Positions 19,809 to 30,051 of a stretch of DNA of 64,000 nucleotides are shown piece after piece. The position numbers and the translations under genes are program-made. The DNA is from Fidelibacterota bacterium. GTDB lineage: Bacteria > Fidelibacterota > Marinisomatia > Marinisomatales > Marinisomataceae. How positions within the stretch are numbered: the stretch's first letter is position 1; every line of letters starts with the position of its first letter. The stretch spans positions 5,596 through 69,595 of the forward strand of contig JADHQL010000003.1 in the NCBI GenBank assembly GCA_016777965.1, in the 5' to 3' direction. Below the pieces are notes generated by a model. The model made no database searches and had not been told where the DNA came from. It worked only from the letters and a program-made list of their open reading frames with translations.

Positions 19809-20736
19809 GAGTTTAAAAATTGGATTAGCATTAGGTGGGGGTGGAGCAAGAGGTGCATGCCATATCGGAGTATTGAAAGTTCTTGAAGCAAATGGTATTG
19901 TTCCTGATATCGTTGCAGGAACAAGCGCTGGATCAATGATTGGAGCTATGTATGCTTCACATCATAATGCGAAAGTGGTAGAGTCAAAATATCTTGAACA
20001 CATACAAGGTGAAAATTTTAACGATTTAGGATTTAGATATATTGCTAATTCTGAAGAAGATGAATCTATTTTTTCTCAAATTATGAAGCAAATCAAAAAT
20101 CAATATGTCTTAATGGTAAGCTCTAATAGAAAATCAATTATCAAGAATGAAAGATTAGCAAAAGCAGCAGAAATTCTTTTTGGAAGTAAACAATTTAGTG
20201 ATTTAAAGATACCTTTATTGGTTACAACTACAGATTTGATTTCTGGAAACTCAATCATATATAAATCAGGTAATTTAATTGATGCAGTAGTTCAAAGTTC
20301 ATCAATTCCTGGTTTTATAGAGCCAACATTTAAAGATGAGCGTATGCTTGTTGATGGTGGAGTTGCGTTGCCAACTCCAGTAACTCCGCTTATCGATAAT
20401 TGCGACTTTATCATTGCAGTAAATATTGCTAGAGGGGTAGATAATCAACCTGAACCATCAAACATCATTGAGATTTCTACAAGATCAAGAGATGTATCAG
20501 TATCACATCTAAATTCATTTTTATTGAGTAAAGCAAATTTTGTAATTAAGCCTAAACACGACAACCTTCATTGGTCTGCTTTTGATAAGACTGAACAGTT
20601 CATTGAATCTGGCGAAATAGCAGCTAATTCATCTATTGAAAATCTTTTGGTAGAGCTTGAAAATGCTATAAATGTTCCACTTGAAACAAAAAAAGAAACT
20701 TTTTGGACAAGAATTAAGAAAAGATTATTTTCATAG
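19801..20736 (+). CDS. patatin-like phospholipase (NTE/RssA family)
   Basis: GGGGARG, GTSAG, DGG. Confidence 0.93.
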   Translation: MYKSLKIGLALGGGGARGACHIGVLKVLEANGIVPDIVAGTSAGSMIGAMYASHHNAKVVESKYLEHIQGENFNDLGFRYIANSEEDESIFSQIMKQIKNQYVLMVSSNRKSIIKNERLAKAAEILFGSKQFSDLKIPLLVTTTDLISGNSIIYKSGNLIDAVVQSSSIPGFIEPTFKDERMLVDGGVALPTPVTPLIDNCDFIIAVNIARGVDNQPEPSNIIEISTRSRDVSVSHLNSFLLSKANFVIKPKHDNLHWSAFDKTEQFIESGEIAANSSIENLLVELENAINVPLETKKETFWTRIKKRLFS

Positions 20737-20742
20737 CCCAGC

Positions 20743-22542
20743 ATGAAAAAGTTTTTTTTAACATTATCATTCTTAAATATTCTTTGGGCTCAGTTTAGCG
20801 ATCCAGTTCAATTTACTGTAAATATTGAAGATGTGAATCAAGGTGAAGTTGCGATTATTGATGTAAACGCTGAACTTGATTTTACGTGGAGGATTTACGC
20901 GGTATATGATGTGCCTGAAGGCCCATCCTCTACAAAATTTATTATTGAATCAGATATTGTTAATAAGTCTGGAAGAGTCATTGAGCCTGAGCCAATAGAA
21001 AAATTTGACGAAGGGTTTGGAAATATTACTAAATATCATGAAGGTACTCCTCAATTTAGTATTCCATTAGAATTAAAAGATGATTTGCCAAATGGTTCCT
21101 ACAATGTAGATGTAATTATTGATTACCAGGTTTGTAATAATAGCTTATGTTATCCACCTAACCAAATTACTAAAACAGCGACCTTTGATATTAAATCAGG
21201 TCCCATAAGATCTGATTTTGTTTTTGAAAATTTTGATTTTGATAAAGACTCTATTTTAGCTATTGCTGATAATAATATAAGCTCTTTTCTTGTTCTTGCT
21301 ATGAGTATGGGCTTTCTTGCTCTCTTAACTCCATGTGTTTTTCCTATGATTCCAATCACCATTTCATTTTTTATGCATAGAAGTGAGAATGCTAATTCTT
21401 CTCCTGTAAAAAGTGCTTCTGTTTATATGTTAGGCATTGTTTTAACATTTACTTTTTTAGGAATGATGTTAGCAATTCTTTTAGGTGCATCTGGTGCAAA
21501 TCAGCTTGCTGCAAATCCAATAGTTAATATGTTTATAGCATTTTTATTTATTTATTTTGCAATGTCTTTATTTGGATTTTATGAGATTGAAATACCTGAA
21601 TCATTGAGAAGACTTTCATTGCAAAAGGAAAATTCAGAAGGTTATGTCGGTATTTTATTTATGGCTTTAACTTTTACTTTAACTTCATTTACATGTACTG
21701 TTCAATTTATGGGATTAATATTGGTTGCTGCCTCACAAGGGGAATGGTTTTGGCCAATAATTGGGATGTTAATGTTTAGTTTAGCGTTTGCTTCTCCATT
21801 TTTCTTTTTAGCTCTCTTTCCGCATTATTTAACAAAATTACCTCAGTCTGGAGGATGGCTAAATTCTGTAAAAGTAGTGATGGGTTTTTTAGAGCTGGCA
21901 GCTGCTTTCAAATTTATCAGTAATACTGACTTGGTGTGGAATTGGAATATTTTTACATATGAAGTTGTTTTATATTTATGGGCATTAATAATGCTATTAA
22001 CTGGCTTATATATTTTTGGATTAATTAAGTTTAAAAATGATTCTCCAGTTACTTTTTCAATTCAAAGATCATTATTTGCTCTTGCTTTTATATTTTTTGG
22101 AACTTATTTAGCAGCTGGAAATCATGGTTATGATATTAACGGTAATATCAAATCTTATTTACCTCCCAAGAAATATCAATCCAATCTTGTTTGGAATAAT
22201 AATTTAAATGATGCATTCATTATTGCTGCAGAGCAGAATAAAAATATCTTTATTGATTTTACAGGTGTTACGTGTACAAACTGTAGATGGATGGAAACAA
22301 ATATATTTAGCATTAATTCAGTTGAAGAACTAATGTCCGAATATGTCCTTGTTAGTTTATATACCGATGCAGGAGAAGGATACTTAGAGAAAAGAGAGTA
22401 CCAAATCAATCGATTTGAAACTGCTGCTTTACCTTATTATGTAATTTTAGATAGTGATGATAAAGTAATATCAGAGTTTCCTGGTCTAACAAGAAACGTG
22501 GAAGAGTTTAAAGATTTTTTAATAACAGGATTAAATAATTAA
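20743..22542 (+). CDS. dsbD: thiol:disulfide interchange protein DsbD family
   Basis: N-terminal CNNSLC, TM TPCVFPMIP and FTCT, thioredoxin CTNC. Confidence 0.9.
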   Translation: MKKFFLTLSFLNILWAQFSDPVQFTVNIEDVNQGEVAIIDVNAELDFTWRIYAVYDVPEGPSSTKFIIESDIVNKSGRVIEPEPIEKFDEGFGNITKYHEGTPQFSIPLELKDDLPNGSYNVDVIIDYQVCNNSLCYPPNQITKTATFDIKSGPIRSDFVFENFDFDKDSILAIADNNISSFLVLAMSMGFLALLTPCVFPMIPITISFFMHRSENANSSPVKSASVYMLGIVLTFTFLGMMLAILLGASGANQLAANPIVNMFIAFLFIYFAMSLFGFYEIEIPESLRRLSLQKENSEGYVGILFMALTFTLTSFTCTVQFMGLILVAASQGEWFWPIIGMLMFSLAFASPFFFLALFPHYLTKLPQSGGWLNSVKVVMGFLELAAAFKFISNTDLVWNWNIFTYEVVLYLWALIMLLTGLYIFGLIKFKNDSPVTFSIQRSLFALAFIFFGTYLAAGNHGYDINGNIKSYLPPKKYQSNLVWNNNLNDAFIIAAEQNKNIFIDFTGVTCTNCRWMETNIFSINSVEELMSEYVLVSLYTDAGEGYLEKREYQINRFETAALPYYVILDSDDKVISEFPGLTRNVEEFKDFLITGLNN

Positions 22543-22550
22543 GGAACTTT

Positions 22551-23966
22551 ATGGTGATTAAATCATTTCAGATAAATATGATGAAAAAACTAACATTTAT
22601 TTTATTATTTGTTTCAACTTCATTTGCGCAATCAAAAGCATATGAATTTTTTAATTCTTTTGCTGACATTGCAGAAGAAGTTAACCAGTCAGTAGTGACT
22701 ATCACTACAACAAATACCGTTCAATTGGACAGAGATGTTCAAAACTTTTACAGATATTGGGGTAGAGAAATTCCAGATGAGTATGAAAGTAAATCTCTTG
22801 GTTCAGGTGTTATTGTCGATGATGAAAATGCATATATAGTCACTAATCATCATGTTATTTTTGATGAAAAATCTCAGAAGCCAGTTGAAGAAATTAAGGT
22901 CCAATTACTTGATAAGCGTATTTTTGAGGCAACTGTTATTGGATTAGATAAAGCTACTGATTTAGCTGTACTTCAAATAGAAGCAGACAATATTAAAGCT
23001 GTTGATTTGGGAGATTCTGAAGCAGTAAGAGTAGGAGAATGGGTAATAGCTATTGGAAGCCCTTTTTCTGCATCATTAAGTCATACTGTCACTGCTGGAA
23101 TTGTTAGTGCGTTAGGTAGAAATGATGTAATGAATAACTTAAATACTTATCAAAACTTTATTCAAACAGATGCAGCAATAAATCCCGGAAATAGTGGAGG
23201 TGCTCTTTTAAATATGAATGGTGAGTTAATTGGAATTAATGCTGCTATTGCTTCAGGAGGTGTAAGAGCTAATGCTGGTATAGGCTTTGCAATTCCTTCA
23301 ACTATGGTTAAAAAAGTAATGAATGATCTTATTACTAAAGGATATGTTGTTAGATCTTTCTTAGGAATTTACATGCAAGATATAAATGAAGATTTATATG
23401 AGACATTGGAACTTCAAACTCGAAATGGAGCTATTGTAAGTGACATTGTTGAAGGCAGTCCAGCTTCTAAATCTGATTTAGTAGAGGGAGATGTGATTGT
23501 TTCTTTCGAAGGAAAAGAAATCAGTAATGGTTCTGAACTTAAAAACCTTGTATCTAGTACTGATCCAGGTTCAAGAGTTAAGCTTGGTATTTACAGAGAT
23601 AATAAAAAGAAAAATATATATGTCACTCTTGAAGAAAGAGAAGACACAGTGGCTGCTACTACAAATGTCAATTATGAATTTGGATTATTATTAGAAAACC
23701 CTAGCGAAGATTTAATTAATAAATACAAATTAAATGAAAAAAATCCTTCAAATATCCAAGGAGTAATTGTTACTGGAGTTGAAGATAATAGCCCAGCAGA
23801 AGAAGCAGGGCTTCAAGAAGGAGACATTATCATACGTGTTGGACGTAAAAAGATTTATAGCACAAAAGATTTTCTTTCTGAAATGTCAAAATTTGATAAT
23901 GAATCAAAAGTACTATTTCTTGTTAAGCGAGGCTCTTCATCAAGATTTATTACTATTACAAGATAA
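22551..23966 (+). CDS. HtrA/DegP-DegQ serine protease with two PDZ domains
   Basis: TNHHV, DLAVL, DAAINPGNSGG, two PDZ; start could be 22578. Confidence 0.95.
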   Translation: MVIKSFQINMMKKLTFILLFVSTSFAQSKAYEFFNSFADIAEEVNQSVVTITTTNTVQLDRDVQNFYRYWGREIPDEYESKSLGSGVIVDDENAYIVTNHHVIFDEKSQKPVEEIKVQLLDKRIFEATVIGLDKATDLAVLQIEADNIKAVDLGDSEAVRVGEWVIAIGSPFSASLSHTVTAGIVSALGRNDVMNNLNTYQNFIQTDAAINPGNSGGALLNMNGELIGINAAIASGGVRANAGIGFAIPSTMVKKVMNDLITKGYVVRSFLGIYMQDINEDLYETLELQTRNGAIVSDIVEGSPASKSDLVEGDVIVSFEGKEISNGSELKNLVSSTDPGSRVKLGIYRDNKKKNIYVTLEEREDTVAATTNVNYEFGLLLENPSEDLINKYKLNEKNPSNIQGVIVTGVEDNSPAEEAGLQEGDIIIRVGRKKIYSTKDFLSEMSKFDNESKVLFLVKRGSSSRFITITR

Positions 23967-23977
23967 TTTCTATACAA

Positions 23978-24006
23978 TTGCAATAATTCCGCTTTTCTTA
24001 TAAGTT
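23978..24006 (+). promoter_or_regulatory. putative promoter TTGCAA-17-TAAGTT for ileS operon
   Basis: Hexamers with 17-nt spacer, 11 nt before ATG 24018. Confidence 0.5.
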
Positions 24007-24017
24007 CATAGTTAATT

Positions 24018-27000
24018 ATGAGTATAAAGAAAGAAAATCCAAAAGTTGATTTTGTTAAAAATGAACATGAAATACTCGATTATTGGTCCAAAAATAAAAC
24101 TTTTGAAAAACTAGTCGAAAAAAACTCCAACGGTCCAAAATGGAGCTTTCTTGATGGACCTATCACGGCTAATAATCCTATGGGCGTTCATCATGCTTGG
24201 GGTAGAACGTTAAAAGATCTTTATCAAAGATATAAATCAATGAATGGTCATCAATTGAGATATCAAAATGGTTTCGACTGTCAAGGCCTTTGGGTAGAAA
24301 TTGAAGTGGAAAAAGAACTTGGAATTAAATCAAAGAAAGAAGTTGAAGATTTAGGCATAGAAAAGTTTGTAAATCTTTGTAAAGAGCGTGTTGAGAAATT
24401 TTCTGAAGTACAAAAGAATCAATCTATAAGACTAGGATATTGGATGGATTGGAATAATTCTTATTTCACCATGTCCGAAGAAAACAATTATGCAATTTGG
24501 GCTTTTTTAAAAAAATTACATGAAGATGGAAAAATCTATAGAGGAACTGATGTAGTTCCTTGGTCTGGAAGATCTGGTACTTCATATTCACAGATGGAGA
24601 TTATTGAGGGAAGAAAGCTTACAGTGCATAAAGGTGTTTTTGTAAAGTTTCCTTTAAAAGATAAAGAAAATGAAAATATTTTAATTTGGACAACGACACC
24701 TTGGACTCTTTCATCAAATATTGCTGTTGCGGTAAACAAAAAAATAAATTACGCAAAAATAAAGGCTAATGATGGATCAACTTATTTTGTAGCTGAAACA
24801 AATTTAAAATATCAACGATTAAATAAAGAATTTTCAGAGAAAAAAAATTGGGTAGATGGTGTTCCAAAACTAAAAACATTAGATCAAATTTTCAAAGAAC
24901 GTGGCGGATATGAAATTTTAGAAGTCATTAAAGGTGAAAAATTAATTGGTTTAACATACCAAGGACCATTTGATCATTTAGATCCTCAAAGCTCTAAAGG
25001 GGGTTATCCAATTCATGATACAAGCAATTTGCAAGACAAGTCAGCCATAGATTGTCATATCATTATTGATGGTGGAAAAGATTCTGAAGGTAACGATATG
25101 GTTGTTGAGGGAGAAGGAACAGGGTTTGTTCACATGGCTGGTGGATGTGGCGCTATCGATAATAAAATATGTAAAAGAGAAGGTTTTGTTGAAATTTCTC
25201 CAATTGATAATCAAGCAAATTTTATTCAAGGTTTTGATTTTATGTCTGGTTTAAGTGTAACTGATCCTGAAACTGCTCAGAAAATCATTTCCAATTTAAA
25301 AGAAAGAGATCTTCTTCTATATGTTGAAGATTATCCTCATATATATCCACACTGTTGGAGATCTGGAGATGAATTAGTCTTTAAACAGGTTGACGAATGG
25401 TATATCAATATGGATTGGAGAAATAAAATTAAATCTATTGTAGATGAAATTGATTGGATTCCAAGCTGGGGAAGAGATAGAGAGCATGATTGGTTAGACA
25501 ATATGGGAGATTGGATGATTTCAAAGAAGAGATTCTGGGGATTAGCCTTGCCGATTTGGACATTTGAGGATGGAACATTTCATGTTGTTGGTTCTAAAGA
25601 AGAACTTAAAGAATTAGCTGTTGAAGGATGGGAAAAATTTGATGGAAATACCCCGCATAGACCATGGGTTGACTATGTTAAAATTAAACATCCTAAATCT
25701 GGACTCATTGGAACAAGAATTGAAGATGTAGGAAATCCTTGGCTAGATGCTGGAATCGTGCCTTTTTCTACAATGAAATATTTTGAAGATAAAAGCTATT
25801 GGGAAGAATGGTTTCCAGCTGATTTTATTACAGAATGTTTTCCTGGACAGTTTAGAAACTGGTTTTATTCATTATTAGCAATGTCATCATTCTTAGAAGG
25901 AAAAGCACCATTTAAAACTTTGCTTGGACATGCGTTAGTAAAAGACAAAAAAGGTGATGAAATGCATAAATCTGCAGGTAATGCCATCTGGTTCGATGAT
26001 GCAGCTGAAAAGATGGGTGTCGATGTAATGAGATGGATGTATTCAAAACAAAATGTAGAAAATAACTTATTATTTGGATATGATAAAGCTGACGAAGTCA
26101 GAAAAAAGTTGATTAGTCTATGGAATATTTATTCGTTTTTCTGTACCTATGCAAATCTTGATAAGTTTTCTCCCCACTCACAAAAAATAAATCCCAAAGA
26201 TTTAACTTTATTAGATAATTGGATTATTTCAAAATCGCAGCAATTAAATGCTAGCGCAAAATTGAATTATGAAAATTTTGAAGTAGATAAGCTATTAAAA
26301 AATGTAGAAACCTTCTTAGATGATTTATCAAATTGGTATATAAGGAGAAATAGAAGAAGATTTTGGAAAAGTGAGAATGATTCAGATAAATATATAGCTT
26401 ATCAGACTCTATATGATGTGATTTTGGATTTAATTAAAGTCTTATCGCCTGTTCTTCCGTTTGTAACAGAAAGAATGTATTTGAATATAACTTCTGCGGA
26501 TAAAAATGAGAACAAAGACAGCATTCATCTATCAGATTTTCCTAAATGCGATAATGATAAAATCGATAATGAATTAATTGAGAAAGTTGACTCATTGAAA
26601 AAAATAATTGAGTCTGGAAGAGCAGTAAGAAAAAAAGCTAATATAAAAGTTAGACAACCGCTCCAAAGCTTAAAAGTTTTGCTTAATAACGATGAAATAA
26701 CTGCATTCATTAAAGATCAAGAAGAGATAATCTTAGATGAGTTAAATATTAAAGAAGTACTATTTTCTGATGAAATCAAAGAGTTTGGAACTTTGACTTT
26801 GAACCCAAATTTCAAAAATATGAAAATGAAGTTTGGAGATGAAATAAAGGATGCTATGAAGTCAATTGATAATCTTGATCCTGTAAAAGTCACAAGAAAT
26901 GTATTGAATGGATTGACAATTCCTGAAAACCAACATGAACTGACAAAAGATGATTTGATCATAGATTTAAAAGCAAATGAGGGAAGCGAATCTTTCTTAG

Positions 27001-27305
27001 GAAATGATTTAATTGTATCATTAAATACAACTATTAGCGATTCTTTAAAATTAGAAGGGGTTTTGAGAGATTTAATAAGGCAAATACAGCTAATGAGAAA
27101 AGACGCAAATTTTGAGATTGATGACAGAATTATTATCTCTGCTAATTTTTCTGATGAGTTAAAAAATATTATTGAAGAAAATAAAGAATATTTTATGAAT
27201 GAAGTATTATGTAAGGATATTGTAGCAAATTTGAAAAATTCTGACTATAATTCTTCTTTCAAGTATGAAAATAGTAAAATTGAAATTTATTTAAAAAAAC
27301 TATAA
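24018..27305 (+). CDS. ileS: isoleucine--tRNA ligase, type 2 (archaeal/eukaryote-like)
   Basis: DGPITAN, GFDCQGL, WTTTPWTL, SNWYIRRNRRRFW, KVRQPL, long IleRS2 C-terminus. Confidence 0.97.
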   Translation: MSIKKENPKVDFVKNEHEILDYWSKNKTFEKLVEKNSNGPKWSFLDGPITANNPMGVHHAWGRTLKDLYQRYKSMNGHQLRYQNGFDCQGLWVEIEVEKELGIKSKKEVEDLGIEKFVNLCKERVEKFSEVQKNQSIRLGYWMDWNNSYFTMSEENNYAIWAFLKKLHEDGKIYRGTDVVPWSGRSGTSYSQMEIIEGRKLTVHKGVFVKFPLKDKENENILIWTTTPWTLSSNIAVAVNKKINYAKIKANDGSTYFVAETNLKYQRLNKEFSEKKNWVDGVPKLKTLDQIFKERGGYEILEVIKGEKLIGLTYQGPFDHLDPQSSKGGYPIHDTSNLQDKSAIDCHIIIDGGKDSEGNDMVVEGEGTGFVHMAGGCGAIDNKICKREGFVEISPIDNQANFIQGFDFMSGLSVTDPETAQKIISNLKERDLLLYVEDYPHIYPHCWRSGDELVFKQVDEWYINMDWRNKIKSIVDEIDWIPSWGRDREHDWLDNMGDWMISKKRFWGLALPIWTFEDGTFHVVGSKEELKELAVEGWEKFDGNTPHRPWVDYVKIKHPKSGLIGTRIEDVGNPWLDAGIVPFSTMKYFEDKSYWEEWFPADFITECFPGQFRNWFYSLLAMSSFLEGKAPFKTLLGHALVKDKKGDEMHKSAGNAIWFDDAAEKMGVDVMRWMYSKQNVENNLLFGYDKADEVRKKLISLWNIYSFFCTYANLDKFSPHSQKINPKDLTLLDNWIISKSQQLNASAKLNYENFEVDKLLKNVETFLDDLSNWYIRRNRRRFWKSENDSDKYIAYQTLYDVILDLIKVLSPVLPFVTERMYLNITSADKNENKDSIHLSDFPKCDNDKIDNELIEKVDSLKKIIESGRAVRKKANIKVRQPLQSLKVLLNNDEITAFIKDQEEIILDELNIKEVLFSDEIKEFGTLTLNPNFKNMKMKFGDEIKDAMKSIDNLDPVKVTRNVLNGLTIPENQHELTKDDLIIDLKANEGSESFLGNDLIVSLNTTISDSLKLEGVLRDLIRQIQLMRKDANFEIDDRIIISANFSDELKNIIEENKEYFMNEVLCKDIVANLKNSDYNSSFKYENSKIEIYLKKL

Positions 27306-27314
27306 GAGAGAAAA

Positions 27315-27734
27315 TTGACTAAAAAGAAAACAAAGTATACTAAAGCAGAATTAAAAAAATTTGAAGCTAACATTTTATCAAAAATGGCTGAGGTTAATGA
27401 GAGTATTCAGAGTGTAAGATCTACTATAACGCCAACAAATTCTGTTTTCATTCAAGAAAAATCTGAAGACTTTGATGAAGGTACTGAAGCTCATGAAGTT
27501 GAAAAGAATTTTCTTTTAATGTCTCGTGAGTCAGACTATTTAGTTAATCTACAAAAAGCACTTCGAAGAATTAAAGATGGTACCTATGGAATATGTGAAA
27601 TTTCAACTAAAACTACTCCTGAGAAGTGTGAAAGTCCAGATTGTCCTTTAATACCAAAAGAGAGACTTATGGAAGTTCCAAACGCCACTAAAGGTGTTTT
27701 CTGTAAAGAAAAGAAAAAATTAAATCTTATATGA
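27315..27734 (+). CDS. TraR/DksA-family transcription factor
   Basis: Coiled coil then ALRRIKDGTYGIC...IPKERL.EVP; between ileS and lspA. Confidence 0.88.
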   Translation: MTKKKTKYTKAELKKFEANILSKMAEVNESIQSVRSTITPTNSVFIQEKSEDFDEGTEAHEVEKNFLLMSRESDYLVNLQKALRRIKDGTYGICEISTKTTPEKCESPDCPLIPKERLMEVPNATKGVFCKEKKKLNLI

Positions 27735-28177
27735 TAAAATATTTATCAGTTTTGATTGTTGTATTAGATCAACTTTCAAAATTTGCTGTTCATAATACAA
27801 TGAATCTTTACGATTCCTTTTCTGTAATACCTTATTTACTCAATTTTACTTATATCCGAAATGAGGGTATTGCCTTTGGGATTTATTTTGAAGGAGCAGA
27901 ATTACTATTTATCATTTTGCCTATTATGATAACAATTTATCTTTTTTACTTATTAAATAATAATGATTTTCAAGACAAATATTCTCAAATTGCTCTTTAT
28001 CTGATTATTGCCGGCGCTATTGGAAATATTATTGATAGAATTTTCAGAGGATATGTTGTTGATTTTATTGATTTTCACCTAAATGGCATGCATTGGTATG
28101 TATTTAATGTTGCTGATTCCTCGGTCACAATAGGATTGATATTTTTATTGTATAGCTCTATAATTGTAAATAAATAA
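27731..28177 (+). CDS. lspA: lipoprotein signal peptidase II
   Basis: DQLSK, NEGIAFG, GAIGNIIDR, VVDFI, FNVADS. Confidence 0.97.
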   Translation: MIKYLSVLIVVLDQLSKFAVHNTMNLYDSFSVIPYLLNFTYIRNEGIAFGIYFEGAELLFIILPIMITIYLFYLLNNNDFQDKYSQIALYLIIAGAIGNIIDRIFRGYVVDFIDFHLNGMHWYVFNVADSSVTIGLIFLLYSSIIVNK

Positions 28178-28181
28178 TATT

Positions 28182-29150
28182 ATGACAATATCTGTTTCAT
28201 CATCAGATGAATTAATACGTTTAGATACTTTTTTATCTTCAAGATTAATTCAATTTTCACGAAGTAAAATTCAAAAACTTATTTCTGAGGGTAGTATCAT
28301 AGTTAACGATAAAACTGTTAAAAAAAATCTCAAACTTTCCTATGGAGATACCGTAAAAGTTGATACATCGAAATTTGAGCCTCTTGAGTTTCCTGAATAT
28401 AAAAAATGGGATTATCCATTAGAAGTTATTTATGAGGATGATGATTTTGCTATCATAAATAAACCATTTGGAGTCATTTCACATCCCACTTCAAATAATA
28501 AAAATCAGACATTAGTTAATATTCTTTTAAATCAGTTTGAAGATAAGTTATCAAAACATCCCGATCCCTTAAGGCCAGGAATTGTACATAGGCTTGATAA
28601 AGATACAACTGGAGTAATGATAATACCTTTTAATGAATATGCTCATTGGAAAATAGCAGATCAGTTTAAAAATAGAACAATACATAAAGAGTACATTGCC
28701 TTAACGTGGGGAGAATGGGCAGATGATGAAGGTATTATTGAAAATAAGTTATCACGAAGCAAAAAGAATCCTTTAAAATATCAATCTTCAATGGAAGGAA
28801 GGATAGCTGCATCAAAATTTAAATTAATCAATAAGGGCAAATATTTTTCAGCAATTAATTTTTTTCCCAAAACTGGAAGAACGCACCAGATAAGAATTCA
28901 CTGCAGTGAAAAAGGTTATCCAATAATAGGAGATGAGCTTTACGGTGGAGGTTGGAAAAAATTAAATGAATATCTTCCGGAAGTAAGAAAAAAAATAAAT
29001 AATAATATTTGTATTCAAAATGGACATTATCTTCATGCTTCAAGTATATCTTTTTTACACCCAAGGAAAGAAAAAAAAATACTTTTTAAAGCTCAACCAT
29101 CTAAAGAATTTAGCAACCTATTCGAAATGATTAAAAATGAAGAAATTTGA
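28182..29150 (+). CDS. rluD: RluA/RluD-family pseudouridine synthase with S4 domain
   Basis: RLDTFL, HRLDKDTTG, GRTHQIRIH. Confidence 0.9.
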   Translation: MTISVSSSDELIRLDTFLSSRLIQFSRSKIQKLISEGSIIVNDKTVKKNLKLSYGDTVKVDTSKFEPLEFPEYKKWDYPLEVIYEDDDFAIINKPFGVISHPTSNNKNQTLVNILLNQFEDKLSKHPDPLRPGIVHRLDKDTTGVMIIPFNEYAHWKIADQFKNRTIHKEYIALTWGEWADDEGIIENKLSRSKKNPLKYQSSMEGRIAASKFKLINKGKYFSAINFFPKTGRTHQIRIHCSEKGYPIIGDELYGGGWKKLNEYLPEVRKKINNNICIQNGHYLHASSISFLHPRKEKKILFKAQPSKEFSNLFEMIKNEEI

Positions 29151-30051
29151 TATAGTCAAAAAAGAGTTTTTAGATTTTCTCGAATTTGATAAAGGATACT
29201 CTGAAAGAACCATTGAAAATTATGATAGGGATATTTCAAAATTTGAAGTTTATATTACAGAATTTTCTATCAATTATAAGAAATTATCTAAAGAGAATAT
29301 TTTTGATTTTCATTCTGATTTAAGTACATCGATAGGACCTAGATCTTTTTCAAGAATATTATCTTCTTTACGCACATTTTATAAATATTTATTCTCACGA
29401 AACCTAATAAACGATATAGTATTAAATAGTATTCAAACATATCCTTCGCCAAAATTCAAAAAATCTATACCATCATTTTTATCTCAAGAAAAAATTCATG
29501 ATGTTTTAAATAAAATAAATGAATCTAAAAAAGATAATTTTTTAAAAATTAGAGATAAAGCTATAATAATGCTTTTTTTTACATCAGGGTTAAGACTTGA
29601 AGAAATGACTAGCTTGAATCTGAAAGATGTTGATTTAGATAATAATTCAGTAAAAGTGCTTGGTAAAGGAGGAAAAGAAAGATTTTCTAATTTTGACGAT
29701 TTTACTAAAAAATTGATAGTTGAATATTTAGAGAAAATTGGAAAATATCCTTTGTCAAAATCAATCATACATAATAACTTGTTCGTCGACAGAGATAATA
29801 AATCTTTAACTAGAAACAATATTCAATACATAGTGACAAGCAATTTAAAAGGATTATCATTGAGCGCATTTGGTCCTCATACTTTAAGGCACTCGTTTGC
29901 AACTCATTTATTGAATAAAGGAGTTGGCATTAGTGCAATTCAATCATTGCTTGGACATTCAAAACTATCATCAACACAAATTTATACACATGTTAGTTTA
30001 GAAAAACTTCAAGATACTATCGACAAAGCTCACCCAAGAGGTAAGAAATGA
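29137..30051 (+). CDS. xerC: XerC/XerD tyrosine recombinase
   Basis: SGLRLEE, GKGGKER, HTLRHSFATH, LLGH, TQIYTH, HPR. Confidence 0.85.
   Translation: MKKFDIVKKEFLDFLEFDKGYSERTIENYDRDISKFEVYITEFSINYKKLSKENIFDFHSDLSTSIGPRSFSRILSSLRTFYKYLFSRNLINDIVLNSIQTYPSPKFKKSIPSFLSQEKIHDVLNKINESKKDNFLKIRDKAIIMLFFTSGLRLEEMTSLNLKDVDLDNNSVKVLGKGGKERFSNFDDFTKKLIVEYLEKIGKYPLSKSIIHNNLFVDRDNKSLTRNNIQYIVTSNLKGLSLSAFGPHTLRHSFATHLLNKGVGISAIQSLLGHSKLSSTQIYTHVSLEKLQDTIDKAHPRGKK

Noticed and set aside
29137-30051. Tyrosine recombinase as a prophage or island integrase
   Set aside because: XerC/D length and motifs, overlaps core genes rluD and pckA, no att repeats, tRNA or cargo
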